Positions 8,431 through 16,206 of a stretch of 44,078 nucleotides of DNA are shown here, in pieces. Made by a program: the position numbers and the translations under genes. The stretch is from a virus. Location: IMG/VR virus record IMGVR_UViG_3300013027_000005, positions 1 through 44,078 of that record; one strand, given 5' to 3'. The first letter of the stretch is position 1; every line of letters begins with the position of its first letter. The notes below the pieces were generated by a model that made no database searches, was not told the origin of the DNA, and saw only the letters and a program-made list of their open reading frames with translations.

Positions 8431-8895
8431 TTAGCTACGCTTGAATAAGCTGCCTTTGCGTTCCGGCTTACCAGTAGACGCGGGAGCCGCAGCTTTGGGA
8501 GGCAGCAGGCTCTCTCTCAGCTCTTTGTCGTAGAGGTACAGTGCTAGACCAAACTTAGCAGCCGCCCGTCTGAAGGCCATGCTCTCAGCGTTACTGCTTG
8601 GGTCACCGTAGCTGGAACTATCCAACTCTTCGGTGCCAGTTGCCTCACGGTGTACCACACCCTCAAGACAGGGGATAGAAATACGACACACAAGAAATAT
8701 ACGTGTGTCACTGAACGTCATCTTGGTGACCTCGCTGCTCCACCCCGGTGCGTAGGTGTCCAGCAGGTTGACGGCTTTGTGCCAAGCAACATAGTGGAGT
8801 GTGGTGCCCCCCTGTTTACGCTGCTCAAGGCAGTCTTCGGGAAGGGGCTTCGACAGGTCAGCGATAATGTCGGCAATGCTTCGTTTTAGGTTCAT
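8431..8895 (-). CDS. Rad52/Sak-like single-strand annealing protein
   Basis: HYVAWHKAVNLLDTYAPGWSSEV...RISIP...ATGTEE...YGDPSSNAESMAFRRAAAKFGLALYLY matches the Rad52/Sak (DUF1071-type) core, ending in the typical FGLGxYLY-like motif. Confidence 0.7.
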   Translation of the reverse strand: MNLKRSIADIIADLSKPLPEDCLEQRKQGGTTLHYVAWHKAVNLLDTYAPGWSSEVTKMTFSDTRIFLVCRISIPCLEGVVHREATGTEELDSSSYGDPSSNAESMAFRRAAAKFGLALYLYDKELRESLLPPKAAAPASTGKPERKGSLFKRS

Positions 8896-9023
8896 CTAGT
8901 TTCCTCAACAGTACACAGTGCAGGAGCGTGTTGGTTTGCGGTGAAGGCGGTGACGAACCCGGCAAAGGCGGCGAAGCCCGTACCCAAAAACAGAATGAAC
9001 GTCCAGTATAACACGGTCTTCAT
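8892..9023 (-). CDS. Small membrane protein (43 aa), below the ORF-track size cutoff
   Basis: My translation is MKTVLYWTFILFLGTGFAAFAGFVTAFTANQHAPALCTVEETR. AGGA lies 6 nt upstream of the ATG. Its stop overlaps the start of the annealase gene (ATGA), and its start overlaps the stop of the upstream small ORF. Confidence 0.5.
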   Translation of the reverse strand: MKTVLYWTFILFLGTGFAAFAGFVTAFTANQHAPALCTVEETR

Positions 9024-9142
9024 TGGCTGTCCTGGATAACGTGTGGTGCGATGTACGGAATGATGATGTCGATGACAACAAAGCCAATGGCGATGCCCAG
9101 AAGGCTTAGAAGGATGTAGTCGAAGCAGTTCTTAGTCGTCAT
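9020..9142 (-). CDS. Small membrane protein (40 aa), below the ORF-track size cutoff
   Basis: My translation is MTTKNCFDYILLSLLGIAIGFVVIDIIIPYIAPHVIQDSQ. It has one clear TM helix and its TGA overlaps the next ATG (ATGA). The competing track ORF 8905..9087 has an implausible composition. Confidence 0.45.
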   Translation of the reverse strand: MTTKNCFDYILLSLLGIAIGFVVIDIIIPYIAPHVIQDSQ

Positions 9143-10142
9143 GGTTACCCAGGTAGTAGTTCAGTGTGAAGGCCATGACCATCCGAGTCAAGGCGTGAGC
9201 CATGTGGTCTTCAGATGTGTCGCCCATCAGGTACAGGTTGCAGTGGCGGATAACACGGTGGATGTGCTGGTTGGGTGTGCCGCTCTTCCAGTTGTCGTCA
9301 CCATACTTAATGGCACCTTCGCCCAAAACTTTGGCAAGAGTATAGATGGCTTCTGGAGGGATGAGGTCGTAACGCTCGTCAGTCTTGCTTTGACGCATTC
9401 CGGTGAATGTTGTTTCGATGACATCCGTGGGTGTGGGTGGGGCTTCGGGCTCTGAGGTGTAGGACTTGGTTGTTTGGGTTTCAGCGACTAACTCGCTATC
9501 GTAGCACCAGTGAACCTTACAAGAGTCGGTCATAACAACGCGGTGTAGTCCACTCGTGTCTGTCTCTGTAATGTATCCTAAGTCGTTTTCGAAATGACTT
9601 CCATCTCGGACAACTACACGGTCACCTACTTTGAACTTAAACTCAGGTGCTTTGGGTGGGTGCGGGTGATGCTCACTGTCAAGTTTTAACATATCAGCGT
9701 AGCCTATATAAAGGTCAGAGCACTTGTCTAACTTAACTGCGTGAATGCCAAAGTAGTCTACACTTTGAACCTTACCACACAGACCATCGTACATGCTTTT
9801 GTCGTTTACAATAACATGAGTACCAATGGGGAATGGGGGACATTTGCGGTCACGGTCGGGTTGTTTTGGGGCTTGGGACTCAGGTCGCAGACGCTCGACG
9901 CGAACACGAACAGCATTCTCAATACCCTTTAGCAGTACCATGTAACTGCGGCAGTCAGGCATGTAGTCAACTATAACACCTTTCTCCAGAACCCCCGCAC
10001 CAGACAAGTCGCACAACACCATGTCCCCAATACCATACTCATTACTCACAGGCCCAAACTCCCTTTCATAACGTGCTTGTTCAAATACTTTCACGCAAAC
10101 CTCTTCATGTACTGTGTTAGCTCGTTGTCGCGCCTCAGCCAC
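9132..10142 (-). CDS. Fusion protein: three SH3/KOW-like beta-barrel repeats plus a C-terminal MazG-like dATP/dGTP diphosphohydrolase-type domain
   Basis: The C-terminus DERYDLIPPEAIYTLAKVLGEGAIKYGDDNWKSG...RVIRHCNLYLMGDTSEDHMAHALTRMVMAF matches the all-alpha MazG-like (DUF5664-type) signature. The N-terminus holds three roughly 55-aa repeats (IGDMVLCD..., IGTHVIVND..., VGDRVVVRD...). The start is uncertain; a GTG at 10094 would be GTGA-coupled to the lysozyme stop. Confidence 0.6.
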   Translation of the reverse strand: MAEARQRANTVHEEVCVKVFEQARYEREFGPVSNEYGIGDMVLCDLSGAGVLEKGVIVDYMPDCRSYMVLLKGIENAVRVRVERLRPESQAPKQPDRDRKCPPFPIGTHVIVNDKSMYDGLCGKVQSVDYFGIHAVKLDKCSDLYIGYADMLKLDSEHHPHPPKAPEFKFKVGDRVVVRDGSHFENDLGYITETDTSGLHRVVMTDSCKVHWCYDSELVAETQTTKSYTSEPEAPPTPTDVIETTFTGMRQSKTDERYDLIPPEAIYTLAKVLGEGAIKYGDDNWKSGTPNQHIHRVIRHCNLYLMGDTSEDHMAHALTRMVMAFTLNYYLGNHDD

Positions 10143-10624
10143 CCCTTAAGGAACACACGAAGACGGGGGTTTCGGGCAACCAACTCGTAACGTCGGGCAA
10201 TGCGCTCCTGACACAACTTAACTGCTGTGTCCATGTTGTTTGCCTTGAGGAATGCCTTCTGTGTCCCAGGCCCCCAAGCCCCATCATCCGCCACGCCCAG
10301 CGCTCGCTGCATCAGCTTAGCACCACCACCCAAACCAAAGTTGACTACGGTATCAAAGTACACAATACCAAGGGGTTCATGCATTGTACCAGACTTACTG
10401 GGTAACCAGTACATCTCGTAGTAAATATCCTTCACCTCCTCAAGCTCAATGTTTCGCACTGCTCGTGGGCTCAAGCCCTGCTCCTTACGGTACTTGTTGT
10501 AGGTGTTCTGTGTCACACCGTAGTTGGTGGCCCCTCCACTATCTGCTACGTGGTTTGAATACCCACCTTCCCATTTAAGTGTAAAAGCCAGAGCGTCTGA
10601 AAATGTCATACAAGATGTCTCCAT
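10091..10624 (-). CDS. GH108-family lysozyme (N-acetylmuramidase) with a PG_binding_3-like C-terminus; likely start at Met 10609
   Basis: FTLKWEGGYSNHVADSGGATNYGVTQ contains the EGGY catalytic motif, followed by FDTVVNFG and ADDGAWGPGTQKAF. Confidence 0.75.
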   Translation of the reverse strand: METSCMTFSDALAFTLKWEGGYSNHVADSGGATNYGVTQNTYNKYRKEQGLSPRAVRNIELEEVKDIYYEMYWLPSKSGTMHEPLGIVYFDTVVNFGLGGGAKLMQRALGVADDGAWGPGTQKAFLKANNMDTAVKLCQERIARRYELVARNPRLRVFLKGWLRRDNELTQYMKRFA

Positions 10625-11079
10625 TTTTTATTTCGGTGTATCAAGCTGATAGTAGAAGCATCAACTCCGTAAGAACGCGCAAGTTCCTGTTGACTTGTCC
10701 CAGCACACAGTTGTTTGCGTATGTTTTTGACATCATCCTCTGTTAGTTTAGCTTGAGCATTCAGAGTACCCTGCGCTTTGAATGCGCGTCCTTTAGTTAC
10801 CATGTCTCTGCTGTTATCTGTCTGGGTACCTGCAAACAGGTGCTTGGGGTTTATACAGGAAGGGGTGTCGCAAGTGTGGCACGCATGGATGTCCGGACCG
10901 AGAACCTCCCCTAGTTTGTGTTCAAGAACAATGCGATGTACCGCTTTAACTTTTCCATCTACTTTGAGATGTCCATATCCTTTGTTGTTTTTACAGCCCC
11001 ACCACAATACACACTCATCTCCAAAAGGTTGAGCAAGGCGTTCGAGTAGTTGCGGGGTACGGAGGTTGGGTCTACTCAT
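10606..11079 (-). CDS. Free-standing HNH homing endonuclease with a C-terminal helix-turn-helix
   Basis: CVLWWGCKNNKGYGHLKVDGKVKAVHRIV...HACHTCDTPSCINPKHLFAGTQTDN is an HNH_3-type signature. The C-terminal SQQELARSYGVDASTISLI is HTH-like. It is ATGA-coupled to the upstream membrane-protein gene. Confidence 0.75.
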   Translation of the reverse strand: MSRPNLRTPQLLERLAQPFGDECVLWWGCKNNKGYGHLKVDGKVKAVHRIVLEHKLGEVLGPDIHACHTCDTPSCINPKHLFAGTQTDNSRDMVTKGRAFKAQGTLNAQAKLTEDDVKNIRKQLCAGTSQQELARSYGVDASTISLIHRNKKWRHLV

Positions 11080-11390
11080 TCGTGTAACTCCGGGGGTAGA
11101 AGGGTTTCGGGGGGCTTGGCACGGGGCTTACGGCGCTTGGGCGCTGACACCTCAGGAGAGGCCTCTGTGTGGTCCAACACGACGTTCTCGATGGGTCCGC
11201 TTATGGATGTGTCGTCGGTACTTTCCGGCTTCTTATTGCCAGCGTAGACCCCAATGAGCGTGTTGGTAACCAGTATATACGGCAGGAGGGCTTGGTTAGG
11301 GAACTTGAAGGCAAGCCCCAACAGCCCAGCCAGACTGATGGTCACAACTGGACCAAGGAAGTTGAACTTAGTTGTACTGTGTTGTGTCAT
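11076..11390 (-). CDS. Two-TM membrane protein, holin candidate (104 aa from Met 11390)
   Basis: The ATG lies 1 nt after the polymerase stop (TAAcATG). It has TM1 FLGPVVTISLAGLLGLAF and TM2 ALLPYILVTNTLIGVYAG, then a charged tail. It sits two genes upstream of the GH108 lysozyme. The track ORF 11076..11471 extends into the polymerase gene. Confidence 0.45.
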   Translation of the reverse strand: MTQHSTTKFNFLGPVVTISLAGLLGLAFKFPNQALLPYILVTNTLIGVYAGNKKPESTDDTSISGPIENVVLDHTEASPEVSAPKRRKPRAKPPETLLPPELHE

Positions 11391-11391
11391 G

Positions 11392-12031
11392 TTAGTGAAG
11401 GTCAGACCAGCGATGTCCGACGTGAAAGGTTGCGACGATAGGAACGGGAGCGATGTGTTGTGCGCTACCAAATGTCTTAGTCATGTAGTCACACAACGCT
11501 TCACCATTCGCAGTAGGACAGTAGCCCAACAACTCATCGTGTACACTCAAGGCCAGACGCGCACCCATGATGTGAATGGTGTCAAGACAGGTCAGTGTAA
11601 CGTCCTTAAGGATGTCGCCACTGCCACCCTGGAGTATGCCGTTGAACACCTGACGCTCAGCCCGTGACCTCAGCTCCTTGTTGTTACTTAGGAGTCCACG
11701 ATAGACAAGTCTGCGGCCCATAAGGGTGTGTATGACTCCTCCGTGCTTCCGGGCGTGGCTCCAAACCGCTTCCTTAAACTGTGTGATAGGCATGGAGTCG
11801 ATGAGTTTCTGTGCAGCTTGCTTGGTACATCCCATGATGGCAGCGACCTTTGGCGCAGCAGCTCCGTAGACGGTAGCGTACAAGATGCGTTTGGCGGTGT
11901 CTCGGTCGCATCCCCACTTCTCGACATTGACCTGGTGAGCATCGACATTAGCTCTGAAAGCTTCAGCATACTCAGCATATCCGAAATACTCTTCAAGGTA
12001 GTAGGCGAGAACTCGGAACTCGATATTCGAA
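11392..12031 (-). CDS. Family A DNA polymerase, exon 2 (motif A second half, motif B, motif C)
   Basis: The track ORF 11392..11883 starts at an artificial TTG. The same frame stays open upstream to 12069 and reads ...SNIEFRVLAYYLEEYFGYAEYAEAFRANVDAHQVNVEKWGCDRDTAKRILYATVYG..., giving IEFRVLA (motif A tail), RDTAKRxxYATVYG (motif B), AERQVFNGILQGGSGDILK and SVHDELL (motif C). Confidence 0.8.
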
Positions 12032-12751
12032 CCTTTGTGTTCAAGGAGGGGCGCTACACCCTCCTCCGGTTAGTTAACCCGCTCTGTGTTACCACAGAGA
12101 GCAGACTATATCTTCACCTCTTTCGAGGGCGTGGCGCTTCGGGCCGCTTGGCCCTACTCCCCGAAGGGATAGTCGTTAGGGGTTCACAAGCCTTCGATGA
12201 TGTCGCGAATGTTCACTGCGAGTCATCATTTGCAAGTTATCAATATCATTATCTGACTTACACTCATTCTTGTGATGGACCACATACCCGCTTGGTAGTT
12301 TATCTAGTCCGTGAGCGTTACAGTACACAGCGACATGCTCAGGTATCCGTCTCTGAGTTGTGTTGTACCATTCTGGTTTGACTACCGAGTAGTAACCATC
12401 AGGCTCAAGGCTTCTACCTTTCCAGTTGTGATGCGTCTCAAACCGTTTACCTGCCATTAACCCTAACTCTTTCTGACACACAGAACGTGTCCTGCGTTGT
12501 CGTTGTTTGAGTGCTTCAGGCTCATAGTTCAGTTTGAAGTACTTAGCTACCGTGGCGTAAGACACGCCTATAACGTTGGCTATCTGGTGGTATGAGTAGT
12601 CACCTTCGTAGTGACTGAGTATGTCATTAATGGTATCTTTACTTGTCCAGGTTGGCTTGAGCTTCCCACGGGATAAACCTCGTTGAGGTCTTCCCCCGTT
12701 TTCACCACGTTGCTCAATACATGTCACCATGCATTAGACCCTATCTAGTTA
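12032..12751 (-). mobile_element. Putative self-splicing group I intron (about 720 nt) carrying an HNH homing endonuclease ORF
   Basis: It interrupts polymerase motif A. The 5' exon end AGACCU can pair with the intron's GGGUCU 10 nt downstream, placing a U.G pair at the splice site (P1). An in-frame TAG follows 4 nt into the intron. The proposed last intron nucleotide is G (12032). The 3' 145 nt contain hairpins capped by UUCG, GAAA and GUAA tetraloops. Boundaries are inferred to within a few nt. Confidence 0.6.
12176..12730 (-). CDS. Intron-encoded HNH homing endonuclease (184 aa) with an N-terminal HTH
   Basis: The HNH motif is VVHHKNECKSDNDIDNLQMMTRSEHSRHH. The N-terminal YHQIANVIGVSYATVAKY is HTH-like. 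It lies between the two polymerase halves. Confidence 0.8.
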   Translation of the reverse strand: MVTCIEQRGENGGRPQRGLSRGKLKPTWTSKDTINDILSHYEGDYSYHQIANVIGVSYATVAKYFKLNYEPEALKQRQRRTRSVCQKELGLMAGKRFETHHNWKGRSLEPDGYYSVVKPEWYNTTQRRIPEHVAVYCNAHGLDKLPSGYVVHHKNECKSDNDIDNLQMMTRSEHSRHHRRLVNP

Positions 12752-13923
12752 AGGTCTCCTCCCCACATGACCACCTTTCCAGGGTTTGGTGTGTAGATGA
12801 GTCTACGCACCTCACCGCCAAGCTTACCACGGCGAGGTAAGTTCTGGAGGTTTGGTCGGCTTGAGCTAAGCCTTCCGGTGCGGGCGATACACTGGTTGAA
12901 GCTTCCACGAAGTATTTGTTTGTCATCAGTTTGGGTTCTGAATGTTTCAAGAAAGGTGCCAACGATGACGCCTATCTTGTTGTAAGCATTGATGTTCTGG
13001 GCGAGCGGGTTCCTCACGTCCACCAGGATGTCCTTGGATACCTTGGGTGCTTCCGTTTTCGTGAACACCTTGGGTTGCCAACCATACACCTGCGTGAGTG
13101 CTGCTGCTACCTGCTTGTCGCTGTCAGGGTTGAATGGTTCAAGTGGACAGTGGTTGTATACCACGTCAACACCAAAGCGCTCAACGTTCTTACTCGACTT
13201 GAAGCTACCACCCTCACCTTTATAGTCCGTAGGTTTAGCAGTGATGTTCCAGGGAATAATGTTGGTGATGCGCTTTTGGATGCGTGCTTGGGCATTGGTC
13301 AGTTGGCCATAGAACGGGTCCAGACTAGACTTGTCAATGACAATGCCTGTCGCCTCCATCTCCATAATGACTTCAATGTACGGCAGGTCAACGTTGTAGT
13401 AAAGCTCCAAGGCACGCTCATCCTCAGCCAGCTTAGCACTGAGATGCTTGTCAAGTTTGTGTGTCAGCTCACAGTCCCGCTTGCAGTACGCCATGAGCAG
13501 GTCCAGGTCCCAGAGTTGGGTAAACTCAAAGCCCGCTGCACTTCGTTCGTCGATGTACCCAAGGCGTATACACTCAGCACGATAGTCCATCTTGGCGTAC
13601 CCAAGGCGCTCGCCCCATGCCTCAAGCCCATGCTCCTGTCCTGTCTCAATACTGTACGACATAAGCATCGTGTCCTCATAGTCGTCAATGACTAAACCAT
13701 AACGACGCAACACAGCAACGTCAAAAGCAGCGTTGTGGAACACAGCAGTGTAGGTGTCAAAGTAATGCTGGAGCATGGCGATGGCCGCTGGCCCCCACGG
13801 AACACAACCAGAGTCATTGTCGTGTGCCCAGCCAACACAATGGATATCTGGGGGCTTACCTTTAGTAATAAAACCGTTCGTCTCGATGTCTATCGCACAT
13901 CGCTTCTTCATGGGGAAACTCAA
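12745..13923 (-). CDS. Family A DNA polymerase, exon 1 (3'-5' exonuclease plus N-terminal polymerase domain); the ORF ends at an intron-borne stop
   Basis: Exo I is CAIDIETNG, Exo II is HNAAFDVAVL and Exo III is YCKRDCELT. It also has RTGRLSSSRPNLQNLP. The ORF ends ...VVMWGGDLN*, in the first half of motif A. The proposed true exon end is 12752. The start is probably Met 13911. Confidence 0.85.
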   Translation of the reverse strand: MSFPMKKRCAIDIETNGFITKGKPPDIHCVGWAHDNDSGCVPWGPAAIAMLQHYFDTYTAVFHNAAFDVAVLRRYGLVIDDYEDTMLMSYSIETGQEHGLEAWGERLGYAKMDYRAECIRLGYIDERSAAGFEFTQLWDLDLLMAYCKRDCELTHKLDKHLSAKLAEDERALELYYNVDLPYIEVIMEMEATGIVIDKSSLDPFYGQLTNAQARIQKRITNIIPWNITAKPTDYKGEGGSFKSSKNVERFGVDVVYNHCPLEPFNPDSDKQVAAALTQVYGWQPKVFTKTEAPKVSKDILVDVRNPLAQNINAYNKIGVIVGTFLETFRTQTDDKQILRGSFNQCIARTGRLSSSRPNLQNLPRRGKLGGEVRRLIYTPNPGKVVMWGGDLN

Positions 13924-14287
13924 TGTAGGGTATCCTGACTAGGTAGTCGTAGCCGTCAGGTGCTGGGTAGAACACCTCAACCTCTCCAGTGTACGTCACC
14001 TGCTTGAGCCAGGGGATGCGCCTAGTTTTGTACTGGGGTTTGAGCCATCCAAACTGAAGGTCATGTGGCAACAAGCTCTTTATGTAGTCCCAACCAGACA
14101 CAGGATGTGTGTAGTTGTGGTGTTTTGTGTATTCATACGTCTGTTCAAACTTACGCTTGCCCACGGTCAGCCGCTTATGCATCATGTTTAGCACATAACC
14201 ACGGCCACGGGGGTCCTCCATGACGTGTGCCTCAACGTTTTGGCTAAGGGCAAACTTCTTAACTTCAGCTTCAATAACGTCTATCAC
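13862..14287 (-). CDS. Hypothetical protein (141 aa)
   Basis: ORF whose start is ATGA-coupled to the stop of the upstream endonuclease gene. Its 3' end overlaps the polymerase start. No motif recognised. Confidence 0.5.
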   Translation of the reverse strand: MIDVIEAEVKKFALSQNVEAHVMEDPRGRGYVLNMMHKRLTVGKRKFEQTYEYTKHHNYTHPVSGWDYIKSLLPHDLQFGWLKPQYKTRRIPWLKQVTYTGEVEVFYPAPDGYDYLVRIPYIEFPHEEAMCDRHRDERFYY

Positions 14288-14661
14288 AGATACCTCTTAG
14301 GAACGCGAATGCCTTCAAACCACCCAAACCCATGTGAGTCACACCAGGATGCGTATGTGACCTTGGAGGTGGGGTTAAGCCGTAAGTTCGAGTTCTGGAA
14401 CTGGAACACGAGCTCTACGTCTGGATGCGCGGCTCGGACTGCCAATGCTTTCGTCCGGTCTGCTGCTGTGAACACTCCCTTCGACTCGATGAATACCCCC
14501 TTGGGAGTCATCCAGTCCGGTGTGTACCTGTGCTTGACTTGGTACTCCAGCCGCCTCTGTTCGTACATCAGCGACGGGTTCGCCAGTGCTATTGAAGCTT
14601 CGAACTGGCTCTTGTACTTCACTCCGTCCTGTGTCGTTCGCTTTCCGCGTTGCCGTGACAT
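14284..14661 (-). CDS. T7 endonuclease I-like Holliday junction resolvase
   Basis: KSQFEASIA...HRYTPDWMTPKGVFIESKGVFTAADRTKALAVRAAHPDVELVFQF...TSKVTYASWCDSHGFGW aligns by eye with T7 gp3 (HTYTPDFLLPNGIFVETKGLWESDDRKKHLLIREQHPELDIRIVF...PTSYGEFCEKHGIKF). Confidence 0.8.
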   Translation of the reverse strand: MSRQRGKRTTQDGVKYKSQFEASIALANPSLMYEQRRLEYQVKHRYTPDWMTPKGVFIESKGVFTAADRTKALAVRAAHPDVELVFQFQNSNLRLNPTSKVTYASWCDSHGFGWFEGIRVPKRYL

Positions 14662-16195
14662 TGCTACCTACTTCTGTGAATACTCGTGTTGTTGTGTCAA
14701 GGTCGAGTTGCACGCTCCCAAACTCACCAATAAGACGGTGCGCTTTGAGGGTGCTTATTTCGGTTGTCGTGCTGTCACGCTCGCGGCCAATGCCAAACAC
14801 CGCATCACTTAGGTGCCCGATGCCTGCACTACCACGCATCTTGTCTAGTCGTGGGTTGGTGGGCTTCTCGCCCTCCGAACGTGACTGGTGACACACATTC
14901 AGGATACAGATACGTTGGCTGATAGAGGTTGACTTGAGCATCATACACATCTCATCTATCTTTTGCCAGTCATCCTGTGTTGCCGCGTTAATGTGGTCTA
15001 ACACAACAAGACCAACGTTGTCAGCCCTCACGACATGTCCAATAGTCTTGACCAGCTTTTGGGGGTCCACGCTGCCGATGTGGTTGTACAGGTGTAACGT
15101 ATCCTTGAAGCCTGAGAGCCAGCGCTTCAGGTCATCTGGGTGGACGTTGGCCCCGCCCTTGGGGTCAGAGATAAGCTTGCGTTGTGCTGCAAACTCAGCA
15201 AACTGGAGGAGTGTGGTTTCAGCGGTCATCTCAAGTGGAATGTAAAAGCATTTCATTCCAGCTTGCATTGCATTGTAAGCGAGGGCTCGTACCACATAGC
15301 TTTTACCAATGCCAGTTGCTCCGGTGAAAGTGATAAGCTCCCCTGGCCTAAAGCCACCAACAAGTCTGTCCAGACCAGCGAAACCTGTAGAGATGCCTTC
15401 TCGTTCGTCTTTGTTATAGAAATAGTGCAGGGCACGTTCGTGAAGGTCGTCATTATCGAGTACGCCATCAGGTTTAACCTCACTTGCGCGATAAATGCAT
15501 TGTTTGAGAGCTTCAGCTTGATGCTGCTGTGTTAGTTCGCATGCGTCCTTGAAGCCAGTTGGCAACACGACACGTCTGACTCGTGTGGGTTCGAACAGCT
15601 TGATAACTTCGTTGGTTGCGCGTTGGCCTGGTTCATCGCTGTCGAAGCAGATGTAAACCGTTTCGAACCTGTCGAGGTTTTCCAGGACTTTTCGGACTGC
15701 ACGTGCCGCATGGGCTGCACCGTGGCTGATGGACAGAACGTTGTAGCTGGGTCCCATTGTGTCGGCAACTGCAAGGCTGTCACTCTCGCCCTCCGTGATA
15801 ATGAGGTTGCCACGGTCCTTCAGGGTTTGCATCCCGAACAGCTCGACGTGCTTGCTGTTGCCCTCCCAGTAACGGGTACCGTCTGGTCGTTGGAACTTGG
15901 TTGCAACCCACACACCGTCAACGTAGTAGGGAAAAGCCAGGTCGTCGCCCCTGGCCCCAACCCCATACCGTGAGCATGTCCCCTCCCTGATGTTCCGGCT
16001 CTCCAGTGCAACTGGTACCAGGTCAGGAGGTGTGTAGTCAACGTAAGGCGTGAGTTCCCCATCGTGTGTCATGCCATTGCCCTTTATAAATGTATTGCAG
16101 GAGAAACAGTAGGAACTGCCATCAGAGTATAGGGAGTTAGCATCTGACGACCCACAGGCGGTACAGTGTGTGTGTTTAAGGAACTCAGCAGCCAT
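14375..16195 (-). CDS. T7 gp4-like bifunctional primase-helicase (606 aa)
   Basis: The N-terminal Zn finger is CTACGSSDANSLYSDGSSYCFSCNTF. A TOPRIM region (ITEGESDSLAV, CFDSDEPG) follows. Walker A is TGATGIGKS, Walker B is VVLDHI, and CHQSRSEG is also present. The last 97 codons overlap the resolvase gene in another frame. Confidence 0.85.
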   Translation of the reverse strand: MAAEFLKHTHCTACGSSDANSLYSDGSSYCFSCNTFIKGNGMTHDGELTPYVDYTPPDLVPVALESRNIREGTCSRYGVGARGDDLAFPYYVDGVWVATKFQRPDGTRYWEGNSKHVELFGMQTLKDRGNLIITEGESDSLAVADTMGPSYNVLSISHGAAHAARAVRKVLENLDRFETVYICFDSDEPGQRATNEVIKLFEPTRVRRVVLPTGFKDACELTQQHQAEALKQCIYRASEVKPDGVLDNDDLHERALHYFYNKDEREGISTGFAGLDRLVGGFRPGELITFTGATGIGKSYVVRALAYNAMQAGMKCFYIPLEMTAETTLLQFAEFAAQRKLISDPKGGANVHPDDLKRWLSGFKDTLHLYNHIGSVDPQKLVKTIGHVVRADNVGLVVLDHINAATQDDWQKIDEMCMMLKSTSISQRICILNVCHQSRSEGEKPTNPRLDKMRGSAGIGHLSDAVFGIGRERDSTTTEISTLKAHRLIGEFGSVQLDLDTTTRVFTEVGSNVTATRKANDTGRSEVQEPVRSFNSTGEPVADVRTEAAGVPSQAQVHTGLDDSQGGIHRVEGSVHSSRPDESIGSPSRASRRRARVPVPELELTA

Positions 16196-16206
16196 CGTGT
16201 GTCGTC

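Noticed and set aside
8905-9087. 60-aa minus-strand track ORF
   Set aside because: Its composition is Arg/Ser/His/Cys-rich and it has no RBS. Two other-frame mini-ORFs with TM helices and ATGA coupling explain the interval better.
12916-13695. 259-aa plus-strand ORF (also 11728..12381 and 14225..14812 on the plus strand)
   Set aside because: These ORFs are antisense to the DNA polymerase, the HNH/intron region and the helicase/resolvase genes, all of which carry unambiguous catalytic motifs. They have no motifs or RBS of their own.
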